Below, piece after piece: positions 11,040 to 23,051 of a stretch of DNA of 64,000 bases (the stretch's first letter is position 1; every line of letters starts with the position of its first letter). The notes below the pieces were generated by a model, which was not told the DNA's origin, made no database searches, and worked only from the letters and a program-made list of their open reading frames with translations. Source of the DNA: Takakia lepidozioides (lineage: Eukaryota; Plantae; Bryophyta); assembly GCA_030704615.1 (NCBI GenBank), contig CM060733.1:10044001-10108000 (forward strand), written 5' to 3'. The translations under genes and the position numbers were made by a program.

Positions 11040-12120
11040 AATATGATGCGAGGATTGTTGTGGCTGAGAGAGTAGATGCACCTGGAGCAGTTAAGCTTTT
11101 ACCGCGTACAGATGTGGATACTGAAGGGAAGTCATCCTCTTGAGTAGTTGCACTAATGGCAGCTCAGCTGCTGAGGTTCCTGAAACAGTCAGCAGTGCTG
11201 GTTGGATTCCATTCGAAATTGATACTGGGTCATAAGAGCAGGTAGTTAAGGACATGTGTGTGATGAGCAAGGGTGTAAGGTCAAGGTTTTGAGGCAGAAA
11301 CTCCATCTATTACTCCCTCAGAGGTGAAGAGAGAAAGCAAGAAGGAGCTGCTTGCAAAAGCAGATGCTGCTAGCACCACTGCAGATCTTTACAATGTGTT
11401 CAAGGGACCAGAAGAGAAGAAGCTTCCACAGGAGATGAAAGGAACTGAGCCTCATAATATCGGGACCTGAAAAACTCTTCTACACCCTTGGAGTTTCTTT
11501 TTGTCAGAGCTTATATTGTTTTGTTCTTTCTTTTACTTCTCCTCCCACGGAACTGGATGATTAAGAGGATGCTGCAGAGCTGCCTACTAACGAAGATAGG
11601 TTCTACTGACTCAAGCCATTCTTATCCAGGGGATAAAAAGTACACTCGTGATTTCTTGTTGTCATAGAGGGTCCAAAACCTGGAGCTACCAGGGAATGTT
11701 GGGAGTAGGCAAGAGATTGAGAAATGTAACCCGGCAAGATGGAACTGGCTTTCAGACCACGATCCTGCCCTGGCCGGATGCTGGATCGACAGTCCAGTGG
11801 GCGTCCTGTAGAGTAGCAGGCAGTTCGTCAGATTCTAATGGATAGGTGGACTAGACAACTAGGGCTTGTTCCGGGCCATCCCTTGGTTGGGGATATGGCT
11901 TGGATATGGCCATGGCAGGTGGGTTTGGATTCGACCAGGTACTATCCAACCAGGTTTAATAGCACGACTGCCAACCAGGATTTGACCTCGGATGCCCTCA
12001 CCCTGAACCATGTTGATGAGAGCAATGCCGCAGTGCCTGCCTCCATCATGTCTGCTCACACGATGGGTGTGGCTGCAAGTCCAGCAATGGTGTGGATGCA
12101 GACATGCAGACCATGAGAAT
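11040..12120 (+). pseudogene. eIF4G: eIF4G pseudogene fragment (region around the eIF4E-binding motif), with stops and frameshifts
   Basis: KKELLAKADAASTTADLYNVFKGPEEKK (~11338-11421), ELDD*EDAAELPT (~11549-11587), GDKKYTRDFLLS (YxxxxLL motif at 11641-11661) and GRMLDRQSSGRP...DRWTRQ are characteristic plant eIF4G motifs. No MIF4G domain seen. Confidence 0.85.
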
Positions 12121-13532
12121 TCAGAGTTTACCAGGCTCTCACATTGATACATAGTTCCTATGCCTCAGCCCCTCTGGTATTCAGCCTTACAGTCACTGCA
12201 ATGAGGGGTGCAACCCCTAGTGATATTCAGCTCCAAGGGTCTTCAGTACGCTGTTCTCCGCCAAAGTGAGGCTCATGGGGCATGGGCTGTGGCTCCAGTA
12301 TCTATTTGGACGGTGGTTCATCTCTGAATCCTAGAGTATGTGAACTTCCTCTGGCTGCTTTGGAGCTTCTGCAATGCCAATCTACATTGAATCTGTACGG
12401 AGTTGCCATGTATATGCCCAGGTGTGGCGCTCAAACAATGTGACAGGTGTGAGGTACCCTATGTTTTTCATACTACTACAGGGAACTGAATCTGCCCTTA
12501 CTCTGACTACGATGAGTTACTGGTGACACCTCAAATTCATAGACTGGTGGGTATAATCTTTATCTCAAGTTCAATGGCCACTTGATGCTCAAACGGAGTC
12601 ATGCCAACCTGCATAGTACAAGCTGGATCGGCCATGCCTGCCGATTCGGCCTGCCGAATCGGCAGTACACCCTGGGTGGCCGATTCGGCCTTAGAATTAG
12701 GCTGAGAAAGTGGCAGAATGCGCCACACCTGCTTTTAGCGATATAAATATAATTCATAATATCTGAACCCATAATGCATTGTGTACCTCTAAAAACCGTT
12801 GGATGAAGACCAAATCCGGTGGTGGAGGACCGTCGGATACGTGAAGGCGTGGTCCAGCTGGGGTGGGTGTGATGCCATGGCTGCAATTGGAGGGGACAAA
12901 GAACATTCGAAAGCGGTGCCTCTGGGCTGGGTTGGGAGCAATCATCAGTCCTCATTCCCGAAGCTTGAAGAAGAAATCCAAGCAGGGGATACAAGGAAGC
13001 TGGAGCTGTCTGCTCCGCCTCAGGGCCTGTCTTCTAACTAGTAGCCTTTCAGCTAGCAGCTAGTTTAGCGGTCTCACCAGGTTTACTCGAGATTTTCCGA
13101 CTTTCATACATTTTTCAGAGCACCAAACTTGCCATAGATAATGAGGATCGGTTTGAAAGGAAACAATGATCCGAGGTAGGTGAAGCTAGGTTTCTCTCGT
13201 TTGGAGAAGGTGGAAAGAGTCAACGAAGCAGGGGTTTATGCGAGTCATTCATGTGCTCTCCTTCCCACACTAAATCTGAATTTAACGTTCCACTCTGAAT
13301 CTGAATGTAGACTTGGAGAAATTGTTGTTGGCGTCCAGGCTTGAATTAAAAAAAATTCGTACTGTCTTTGGAGTGGAGTTAGTCGTTGGTTCGTTATGTT
13401 GGTGATTTAGAGGTGTTTCACTGGGGTGGGGTATGCGAGAGTGACTCAACTCCCTGGAGATGTGAAGAATGATGATTCGTTTGAAGTTGAGGAGCTGGGA
13501 AATTTTTCTATGCTACTAGACACAGCCATTTC

Positions 13533-16500
13533 ATGGAGACACAAGATGCGTTGCCGGAAAAATCTACTAATGTCGATGTAGGAACTGATATATTGGACAG
13601 AGGATGTCCACTGTCCCCGAAAAAATTGAAGGGTGGAGATGAAAGCGTTCAAGTTTCATCAATTGTTGAAGCAGTGGAGCTTGATCTAGGCACCCCGAGG
13701 CGAAGCAAAAAGATCCGTCCAACGCTTCAGTCGAAGAAGCTCATCAGGACATTGTGCAAAATGCGAAGCTCTGGAGAGAGAAAGAGGAAGTATGATCAAG
13801 GCTGTTCCGCTCACTGTAAAACATTGAAACGGCGGCTTAGTTCGCAAAGCGTGAAGAGGGCGGCCAGGGATGGATATTGGAAAAAGATGTGGCAGCTAGG
13901 CTGTGAAAGAGTTTCTCTGGATATTGGACAGAAACGTGCTCGGGTGGAGTTGAAGGCTACTTCTGTGGCATCCAAGGCCCCCAAGAGCTATCAGGCTGAC
14001 AGATGTCCAGAGCCGGCAAGGGACAAGACTGTTCGTGTGCTAAATGACACTAACAAGCCTGTTGATGGGGTTAGTGAGACAGGCGAGTGTCTCCAAAATG
14101 CTGCACCCTTAAGTACCCCATCAGCTTCTGTGCAGGGGGGAAATCAGAAGTTGCCATCGCTAGCAGACGGTAGATCGGCAAAGCTGGAGAAAGAAGTTAA
14201 AATGGTGGTAGCAGAAGATCCGAAGCTCTTAGTGCGGCTGCACGTTGAGGTAGCCTTGATCTTCTCTGTTTGATGCTCTCCTTGTACCGTCTGTTGACTA
14301 CCCTCTTTGTTTGAAGTTCAGCTAGTACATACCTAGATGACACATGCCCCTCCTCTACTTTGCATGCCTTTTACATTTCTAAGTCATCTGGATATGGCTC
14401 TCAACGTGAGTGGTTTATACTGCTGTCCCTACCCCTCTTTCTATAGAGCCATTCCGCCATGTAGGTTAAAGGTTTGAGCAGCTGCTAATGTGTTACTATG
14501 GATATAGAGTTTTTGCGTGAGATGAGCTGGACCACTTGCATTTGTAGAATCTGGTGGAACCTCCAGGCCCTGACTAAATGCGCTGATCTTTTTGTTTACC
14601 AGAGAGGGTTTTTCTGTTGGCTTGCAAAATCCAATCTGTTCTGAAATTAGGGTTTAGGTTTAGCATGGAAACTCACAACAGGAGGGCCACAACAGCTTCA
14701 AAATGTTAGAGAGGATTTAACGCTGATCAATTTGGAGGTAGAGAGCTGATTTAACGCTGATCAATTTGGAGGTAGATGAGCTGTATTTGCAGCCCACCTG
14801 ACTGAGTATGCAGTTGATTACTTGATGTGCAACTAATGTGATGCAGGTGCCCAAAGAACGCCCAGATGAAGCACAGCAACACGAACTGAAGACTGTTGCA
14901 GGTGAGAAGGGAGTACACCTGGTGGGTGATTGCACTCCAACCGACAAGGCGATAATTGAAGAAGAGATTGACAGTGGAAATGGGGATTACACTGGTGAGA
15001 GGGAGGATGACACTGAAAATACCTCTCTAGATGAATGTGACCTGAGCTCGGAGCTTGATGAGCTAGAGAGACTGACAGAGAGGATCAATGACTTGCAAGC
15101 TTTTTTGCAAGGGAAGCGTGTGCACCAAAGAAAGAAGGATAGGTGGGAAGTGATAGACCAGAGAACTAGTGTTAGAAAACTTCTTAGGTTTCTTAGTAAT
15201 GATGGACATGGTAAGGATCCACCGGCTTTGAAGGAAGAGCACAAGAGGGTAACTCCATGGACATCTGATGAGAAGATCTTACTAAAGAAGTTTGCATCAT
15301 ACGGAATAAGTTTTGGTGGGATGGCGTCACTGATGCAGCAAACAATTGCAAGAACCTGTGTTGAGTTTTACTGTGGAAATCAAAAGCTGGAGGGGTCCAA
15401 GAGACCACTCCAGCAGCAACATGGGGAAAATGTCTCGAGGACAAAAGGATCCTCACATATTGTGCAGCCTACTCCTGAAAGTGAGAGGCTACTCAAAACG
15501 AATGCAACTTGTGGGAAATCTGTAGCCACAGCAACCGCCGGTCAGTCAGCAGTATGCAAACCTCAAAGTACAGAGGGCAATCATATGGTGAATGACGAAC
15601 TTGCTAGAGCCGAAGCTCTGCACCAGAAGAAGCATCCAAGACAGAGTGGAGGTGGTCCAGAAGATGCCAGTCTCAGATCACAAGATTTCCAGACGAGTCC
15701 AACTTGCTCAGGGGCGGTTGCTACTGTTCCCCAGCCTGAACTTGGGACCTGCAACGAAGTTGTTTCTGAAAAGGGCCTTCTTGGTGTTGAAAAGCAAAAT
15801 GAAGCTGGTAAGTTCCTCATATCGTCGACATCTCATAAGCAATTGGAAAAGCAAGTATTTGTTGGTGAGTCCACCGATCCACACAATGTGCCGGGGCTCA
15901 AGTAAATGCAATGCAGATGAATTGTGAAATACGGTTTCTTCAGGAGTTTGATTCTTGCTGCTAAGAAAAACATTGATGCTTCCATATCCTCAGGGTTGCC
16001 AGGGTCTGAGCACTTGGAAGTACCAAGGCAGATGACAGCCATTGGTGTTGAAGCTAATCAAAGCAGCACTGGCAATGATAAAAATCGTTCTCAAGAAATA
16101 AGTGAAGAAGCTGCTCGAGCATCTGATGTTTTAGGTGTGGGCATGCTTCAGAGACAACTGAACTCCAGCATGATGGAGCATACAATTCCCGATGCCTCAA
16201 GGTCTCAAACATATGCTATGTGCCTCTTTCTGTTGTGTTTTGTGTGTATGCATTCGCACATGGCTGTGTGTATATGACCAGTAAGAGTAAAGTCAATCTG
16301 CAAACTTAACTGTCGTGATCCTCTGAAAGGGCCAGTCACTCCACATTGAGATGTCACGCAGGCAGGAGGGTTTGTAATACTGGCTGCATTTCTACGGAAA
16401 CCCTCCTGAGTTTCTTCTTTGAAGGGACCAGCAGGAGTATCTATATGTTGAGGGTGCACCCGTCAACATAGTTGTTATTTACAATTCTGAAATGCTGAGG

Positions 16501-18278
16501 TTGAAAGGTAGAGATGTTGACTTGGGCCTCAAAATGTTAGATAGCAACTTTGAGTTGCACATTTTCTTTTATTGCCAGTTTTGCTCATTGCCATTCTCCT
16601 GGCTTATCTTTGCCACTGATTGGTCCTTTTGAACAGGTCTTCTAGTCCACCGTGCAAAACCATCCAGGCCAAGCCAATGCTGGCACATGGAAAAAGAAAG
16701 TTGCCTCCCAAGTTGAATGACAGCAATGATGCAAATCACTGCAAGAGTACAAATTCTGCCGGAAGCCTTTGTGGCATGGATGATCCAATTATTACGTCAC
16801 TAGGTACAGGAAACAAAGCTCCCCCAGCCAAGCTAGGGGACTCGATCTCTAGTGTATTGCCCATAAACATGTCAGCAAAGGTGGCCCAACTGGATAAATT
16901 GAGTGAGCCCTGTTTGATCCACACCAACGTGGAGAAGGATGCAAATACTGGTGTTGAAAACACACCAGCTGGAGATGAAGGGATTGCGAGGGCTTTAGTG
17001 AGGAGGGAAGAGGAAATACTGACCCAGGCTGCAACTTTGATCCCAAACCGGGGGAGTAGTCCTCAGCGAGGAGAATGCTGTTCTGTAATGATGGATGGTT
17101 GTAGCGAAGGTGGGGGAGAAGGAAGATCAGGAACCAGTTTACCAGAGATGACTGAGGTGACAAACCCTGCCGTGAGGGAGGAACCACCTGGATCTATTTT
17201 AGCTGAAAGGGACAAAAGCAGTGAAAGGAGTGGAGACTTGAATGGGTCTCCTGCTAGAGATATGGACAGATATGTGACTCCCATTACTGATCAATCGGTT
17301 GAGTGCTCTTTGCCTATTGACCAAAGTGCAAATGTCACCATTGTGGATGGGATAAAGACTGTAAACAAAGGAGAAAGTGATATGGGATGTTCTCTGTTAC
17401 GTTCCATACACAGCAATATTAGTAAGGGACCCTTTCTATCCGAGGAGGAGACAAAGGCTGCCCACCAAGCAAGCACTGCTCTTTTCAGAGGAATTTTTTC
17501 TACCTCGCACAACACAGTACAGGCCATCCATCCTTCTGGCTGTTTTGATGTGGTGACAGCTGATGCATATCTTGGGAAAGCAAAATCCCACATTGACTCT
17601 GAAGGGGAGGGGTTCAGGGTGGTGCTACGCATGGCACCTGAAAGAGAGGCAATTGACATTGGTTCTTACAAGTCGATGAGAGAGGCTGATGCAGCATGCA
17701 GAGCTGTTTCACGCTGCAGAAAAGAAATTAAGAAGGCTAAGTTGGACAAGCCCACTACGACTGTGCCTGGTGGGGTTGTTGCAGCTCCTATTGAATCCTC
17801 CGCAGCTGTTCAAGCACCACAGGTTCAAGTCGAGTGCCTTGTATTCTGAGTATATTATATGCATGTTTGCAGTCACAGCTTTGTCCACCCATAACAACTG
17901 AGATGATGATATGAGGAGTACCAGCTCAAAACAAATGATGGTTAGCAACGTGAAATAAAATTAAGCCCAAGTTTCCTTGCTCTCAAGACTAGTAACAAAG
18001 TATTTGCTCTAAGTCTGTTCGGTCACGAGCTGAAGGCTATATCCCTACTCTTTTCCTTCTCCAAAAATATAGTGCATTGTACTTGAGACTTCACTCAGTA
18101 CTAATCTAAAACAACACTGGGTTCTGTAATGCAGGTGCCAATTGTTTGTACCGCTAGATTGCACACGGCGACACCCAATCCTGAAGCAAGTTCAGCCAAC
18201 GTTGTAGAGAACCTTCCTTCTCACCAATGTAATGTGGGAAGGCCACCTATCATTCCTTATGTGTGGAGGCAGCTGTAA
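13533..18278 (+). CDS. Large low-complexity putative nuclear protein with a degenerate NCoR/POWERDRESS-type SANT domain and an AP2-like domain; exons ~13533-14249, 14847-~15900, ~15940-16201, 16637-17822, 18135-18278 (junction near 15.9 kb unresolved)
   Basis: Long ORFs joined by in-phase GT-AG introns. PWTSDEKILLKKFASYG..FGGMAS...CVEFY..NQK is SANT1-like (~15255-15390). FRVVLRMAPEREAIDIGSYKSMREADAACRA is AP2-like (~17610-17720). Confidence 0.55.
14714..14783. repeat. Tandem duplication of a 34-bp unit (GATTTAACGCTGATCAATTTGGAGGTAGAGAGCT x2), intronic
   Basis: Directly visible. Confidence 0.9.
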
Positions 18279-18996
18279 TGACAGCGTAAACAAGATTGCC
18301 AGCTGAAGTACAAGCAATTAGGAAATGACAACTGAACTTCACGAGGATATAAATATGGAATCTTCACACATCAACAAAGTGAGGCAATGTTGGGGCTGTG
18401 TAGGACTGATCTATCATCCCATTCAGAACTACAGAGCCCGAATCCTTTGTTTTCCAAGTGCCCAGACGCAAGTCAGATCACATCCTGCAGAGGTGGGTTA
18501 TGCAAGGCCCATATCTGAACTGTGTTACATTCACGAAGTGCCAATTGGTCCTATTACAGAGAACCATCAGATAGGATACTTGAAAATGATCAAGAAAGCA
18601 GCCAAAGTGTAGAGAATTTAGCTAGAGGGCATGAATTGAGTGAAGTAGAACATGCTACCGAAGGAAGCATCGAGAGCTAGGAAAAACTGCTATCAAATGC
18701 AATTTTTTTGGCAGGTGTGCAGATAAGCCCATTCCTAAGAAGAGGAAAACAAATAGTTAGGTGACTAGTGTAGATATCTCTCATCTAATACTATACATGT
18801 AAACATAAGAGCATTTAATCATGTAGTGTAGGGGATATATTTCTTCTGGGTATATATTCTTCCCCCCTTATTGACATTTCTATTCATTTGAAGATGGTTT
18901 AGGTTCCAAATTATACCTTTTTTAGTGGGGCTGTGCTTGCGGAGCCCACCAAAGTAAGGTGGAGGCCAAAGAAACCCTGGAAAATGTAAGCCCTTA

Positions 18997-19423
18997 GAGA
19001 ATCTCCACCGGGGGGTACACTAAACACCACTGCACGGTAACCTCCCGCGGCCTCGAACTCTCCCCTCCCACGGTGGCCTCGAACACTCCCCTCCCCCAAT
19101 GGCAACTCCATCAAACTACCCTACTACCCTACACATGTAATTTTTGATGACTTGCCTTGTTGCGGAGGGACCACCTAGCAGACACCGCCTTACCATCACG
19201 CCATAAATGCCGCTGGCGTGCTTTTTAGTTGGTCCAGCAGGTACTGGCCGGGCTGACGAGGATACGCCAAAGTGAAACACACTAGGGGTGCCATTTTTAA
19301 ATCCAACCTAAATCCACTTTTATGTGGACTAATTATCTTGCGGGCGCCTCTGGGGTGTGGATACCATGGCTGGGGGCTCAAGTACTGTCGCAGTGGCATT
19401 TAGGGACACTGCCGGGGATGCTC
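18997..19423. mobile_element. Tourist/PIF-Harbinger-like MITE A
   Basis: TIRs GAGAATCTCCACC..TACACTAAACACCACTGC / GCAGTGGCATTTAGGGACAC..GGGGATGCTC; flanked by TTA at 18994-18996 and 19424-19426. Confidence 0.75.
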
Positions 19424-19426
19424 TTA

Positions 19427-19800
19427 GAGCATGCCCAGCAGCCGCCCTATCTGGCGCGCTATCATCAACATAGCGCGGCCGCCGAGATCGCGCATCCCCA
19501 GCAGCACCTTCACGCTCTTCAAAATGGTGAGCCTCACCGAAAATCGTCACACTCCCGAGCTATCTTCCTCCCCTTTGGTGTGTGGCATTCTCCCCCCTAC
19601 CGACCGCTCAGCCTCACACGTAATGACAAGTGGCAGGGCGGGGCCCACGGACAGCCTACGCCATTACTCCACTTCGGTTATGGTGCGTTGCTGCTGGGGC
19701 TCTTGCCAGCCAACGCGCTATCTAACTTGCCTGCCTCACCATATGCCTCACGAGCATAGTGGTAGCGCGGCAGTTTAGTGAGCCTCTGATGGGCATGCTC
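19427..19800. mobile_element. Tourist/PIF-Harbinger-like MITE B
   Basis: TIRs GAGCATGCCCAGCAG / CTGATGGGCATGCTC; TTA on both sides (19424-19426 and 19801-19803). Confidence 0.8.
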
Positions 19801-19803
19801 TTA

Positions 19804-20138
19804 GAGCATCTCCACCAGGGTACACTGAACACCACTGCAACGGTAACCTCCCGCGGGCTTGAACACTCCTCTCCCCCAGTGGCAACCCCATCAAACTATC
19901 ATGCACATGTCATTTTTTATGACGTGCCTGTTTTGATGACGTGCTTGGTTGCGGAGGGACCACCTGGCAGACGCCGCCTTACCATCACGCAATAAATGCA
20001 CGCATGCGTGCTTTTCAGTCTCTACCGGCCGGGCTGAGGGGGGGGGGGGCGTATCCTGCACCAAAGTACGGGCCTGGGGGTTCGGATACCAGGGCCGGGG
20101 GCTCGAATACCGTTGTCGTGGCATTTAGGGACACCGGC
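19804..20138. mobile_element. Tourist-like MITE C (same family as A, right TIR truncated)
   Basis: Starts GAGCATCTCCACC. Internal sequence is homologous to A (TTGCGGAGGGACCACCT.GCAGAC.CCGCCTTACCATCACGC). Followed by TTA at 20139-20141. Confidence 0.75.
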
Positions 20139-20141
20139 TTA

Positions 20142-20662
20142 GAGCATCCCCACCCTACACTAAACCTAGCACACCAACGGAATACATCGATATTCAGTTT
20201 CAAGATGGGCTTGAACGAGTCCACACCCTTGACCCTAAACGCTACATCCCGTTAAGAACATCCCCACACCCTTGAGCCCGAAAGACTCACTATAACTTCA
20301 AAATTACATGATCGATTCAGGGCCTGTTGGGTTCTATGGCGAGGCAGCCCCGAATCGCGCACACCCTTGCCCTTGAATTGCCCACACTATCCCCGCGCAC
20401 CTCACCTCCCGTTGGCAGGAAGAGATTGCCAAGATGTTGACACGCACACCCTAGACATGGGCATGGTCACGTTGACTTGGATTCAGGGGCATATGCGGGG
20501 CCCTCAATACGGTGCTCGGGTTAAGTGCACGGAACAATATTCAGTGGCCATTTTTCATGGGATATAGGGTTCAGTGCAAGTGCAAGGGTGTGGACGTTTT
20601 CCCACCCACTATACCCTAATATTTCGTTGGCATGTTGGGTTCAGTGTAGGGTGGGGATGTCT
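20142..20662. mobile_element. Tourist-like MITE D with long imperfect TIRs
   Basis: Left GAGCATCCCCACCCTACACTAAACCTAGCACACCAACGGAAT is the inverted counterpart of right ATTTCGTTGGCATGTTGGGTTCAGTGTAGGGTGGGGATG. Confidence 0.7.
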
Positions 20663-20928
20663 TTGTGGGGACACACTGTACACTTACCAGCTGAGCTACC
20701 AGCCGATGTGCATCCCAAAATTCCTTTAAAAAAGTATGATTTTTTGCCAGATTTTAAAACATGGCTTGGCGGCGTTGCCAATGAGAACGCCAGAGGTGAA
20801 TGTGGGAGCCAATCTAGGCGGGGGATAACGTGGGCAGTTCAGGGCCGGGGTGTGTGACCTGCCACAGAACCCAATCACAATATTTGGGCGTTACAGGGAG
20901 TCTTTCGGGCTCAAGGGTGGGGATGATC
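20256..20928. mobile_element. Tourist-like MITE E, or two opposed half-elements, interleaved with D
   Basis: Left GAACATCCCCACACCCTTGAGCCCGAAAGACTC is the inverted counterpart of right GAGTCTTTCGGGCTCAAGGGTGGGGATGATC; flanks are TAA and TTA. Confidence 0.6.
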
Positions 20929-21063
20929 TTACCCTCTTTATATACTATCTCAAGGAGCCCTTCTAGAAAGAGGCACACTGCCTCATCCCGCTTCCGGAAA
21001 GCTCTAGAACCAGAAGGAGGATCCACCCTCCTACTTCTATGCCTCATATTTCACCCATTCCAA

Positions 21064-21884
21064 CAGAGGTTGGTAGATCGTGAGCACACTGGTGAGCACA
21101 AATGGCGTGAGCACAAACCCACGGTCACGGGGGTTTTATGTTTTTAAACCGCGGTCATATGAGCTATATGATTTCAAAACGGAATAAAACCCCAAAACCC
21201 TAATGCGAAATAAACACCCATAATGTATATCTACAAGCTCCAAGTTCCATATATCTACAGCTTTGGTATTCTACAAAAGAATAACACGTTAGAGAAAAAC
21301 AAAGTCACAATAACCAACACCATCCAAAACACACAAATACCAAACAATAGTTGAACAATTTAATATAATGAGGCAAACAACGAGTTTCGTTTAACCGAAA
21401 TAAATCAAGGTATCGGGTTTCCCTAGTGAAATAATGGGTTTCGCCAAAGAAATAGTGGTTTCGCTAGCGAAATAGTGGGGTTTGCCAATGAAATAGTGCA
21501 TTTTGCCAGCGACATAGTGGATTTCTACAGTGAAATAGTGGATTTCGCTGGCGAAATTTTCAAGTATCGCTGCATAGGTCATTATCCTATAGTTTCGTGG
21601 GCGAAACAATATGTATTGTGTTTGGTTTAACCAAACCTAGCGTAACCTAAACCTAACGAAGTAGGGTGATAGGATAACTAACCCATCTACGTGTGGCGTG
21701 TGCTCACGTGAGCACAAGTCTGCTCACGTGCGCACAATTTGGTCCCCGCGAGCACAAATTTCCAATTTTAGTTTCGTTGCAACAACTTTTTGGGAATATT
21801 CGCAAATTTTGGAGCATTTTTTCTTCAGCTCACGCGAGCACGCACACAACAACATGAGCGTGCTCACACACTACGCAACCTCCA
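21064..21884. mobile_element. Non-autonomous hAT-like DNA element with GTGAGCAC subterminal repeats
   Basis: Imperfect TIRs CAGAGGTTGGTAGATCGTGAGCAC / GTGCTCACACACTACGCAACCTCC. Multiple GTGAGCAC/GTGCTCAC motifs cluster at both ends. No clear 8-bp TSD. Confidence 0.5.
21428..21556. repeat. Minisatellite of a ~21-bp unit (GAAATAGTGG(G/A)TTTCGCCAGC-like, ~6-7 copies)
   Basis: Visible periodicity; each unit carries a small CGAAAT/ATTTCG palindrome. Confidence 0.8.
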
Positions 21885-22824
21885 ACAAAAGTGTCCTCCC
21901 TCCCCATTGGCCGCTCTAGTCCTCCCGACTCTAGGACTCCATCACTTGGACTCCATGACTTCACTCCATGGTTATGTATAAGGATAAATTTTTATTTTAG
22001 TATATCCACCGGTTATCTATTCTACAAAATTCTTCAAATTTAGACGGTTGGAAGTGTCCTAAAATTGGCAGATATATATGCAATTGGTGGTTACATATAA
22101 TATATTGAATGGGCACTTGTATTTCTCAATGATTTTAAAAAAAAATAATCAATTCACACATGACATCCCTAGGGGCTCCAGGATGGAGCAGCTTGGCCAT
22201 GAGCTATGTCACAAAGAAACCCTCTATCACCACCTCAGTGGAAAGGAGCCTGGAACTGAACTAGTCAGGTGCGCCGTTAGTAACTTCAAACTTCAAACTT
22301 AGTAATTTCAAACTTCCCCAATGCCCATGGCATTAACGCTACCTCCCTCCTCTGCGTACATCTATAAAAAATAGATTCAAAGCAAACAGTGTGTGACAAA
22401 TTTGAAGCAAAACGATCTGTTCATAGTTCATAAACCTGAAGCCTAACTAGACATCGTATTCATGCTCTAGATGCTGATGTAGCTTGCTGATTCATTGAAT
22501 GCCTTCAATGGAGAGACAATGCTAGAAATGCAACTGCGTTGTGTGAGTAGGAACGTGTCCTATACATAACTGTAACCGCTCTAGGGGGTCAAAACGCCTT
22601 ATTAATCCGGGTATGCAGTGTAGTGCTAACCTTAATATAGGGTACATATACATATACATACTCACCTCCCAACCGTCGGTTATCTATTTGCTCTATTTTG
22701 CAAAAATACCCTGCATGCAATTATGTATACCTACTAACCGAGGTGGTAACCGACTCACTAACCGGGGTAGAGTGCTATACCTGGCCAACACTGGTTCGGA
22801 CGACTAATAACTAGGTACATAACT

Positions 22825-23051
22825 AACAGTCAGTGGCTTAGTTGGTAAATGCACTCAGTGCCACCCAGATGACTCTGGGGTCAAATCCTGCGACTTGACG
22901 GGTGTGGTCCACTCTTCTCCCCCTTCCCTGCACAGGTGTCGCATCGGAAAGCCTTCACGCCGAGGTTACTGAAGGTTATTTTCTCCTCTCTCTATCAAGG
23001 GGCCTGATCGAGCTGTCGATCCCAGGTGTTTCCCTTATGAAAAAAAAAAAA
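22825..23051 (+). mobile_element. tRNA-derived SINE
   Basis: A box TGGCTTAGTTGG (22834-22845), B-box-like GGTCAAATCC (22879-22888), tRNA-unrelated body, 12-A tail (23040-23051) and GGTACATA direct repeat on both flanks. Confidence 0.75.

Noticed and set aside
12599-12994. Minus-strand WHHTHPS resembles the JAB/MPN HxHP motif; GCCGAATCGGC micro-palindromes nearby
   Set aside because: The downstream S..D of the JAMM motif and any surrounding homology are missing; too short to support.
21428-21556. Palindromic periodic repeat resembling a CRISPR array
   Set aside because: No unique spacers, degenerate units, eukaryotic context and no cas genes; it is a minisatellite.
22829-22900. tRNA gene
   Set aside because: It has A and B boxes but no consistent cloverleaf, and it continues into a body and poly(A) tail, so a SINE fits better.
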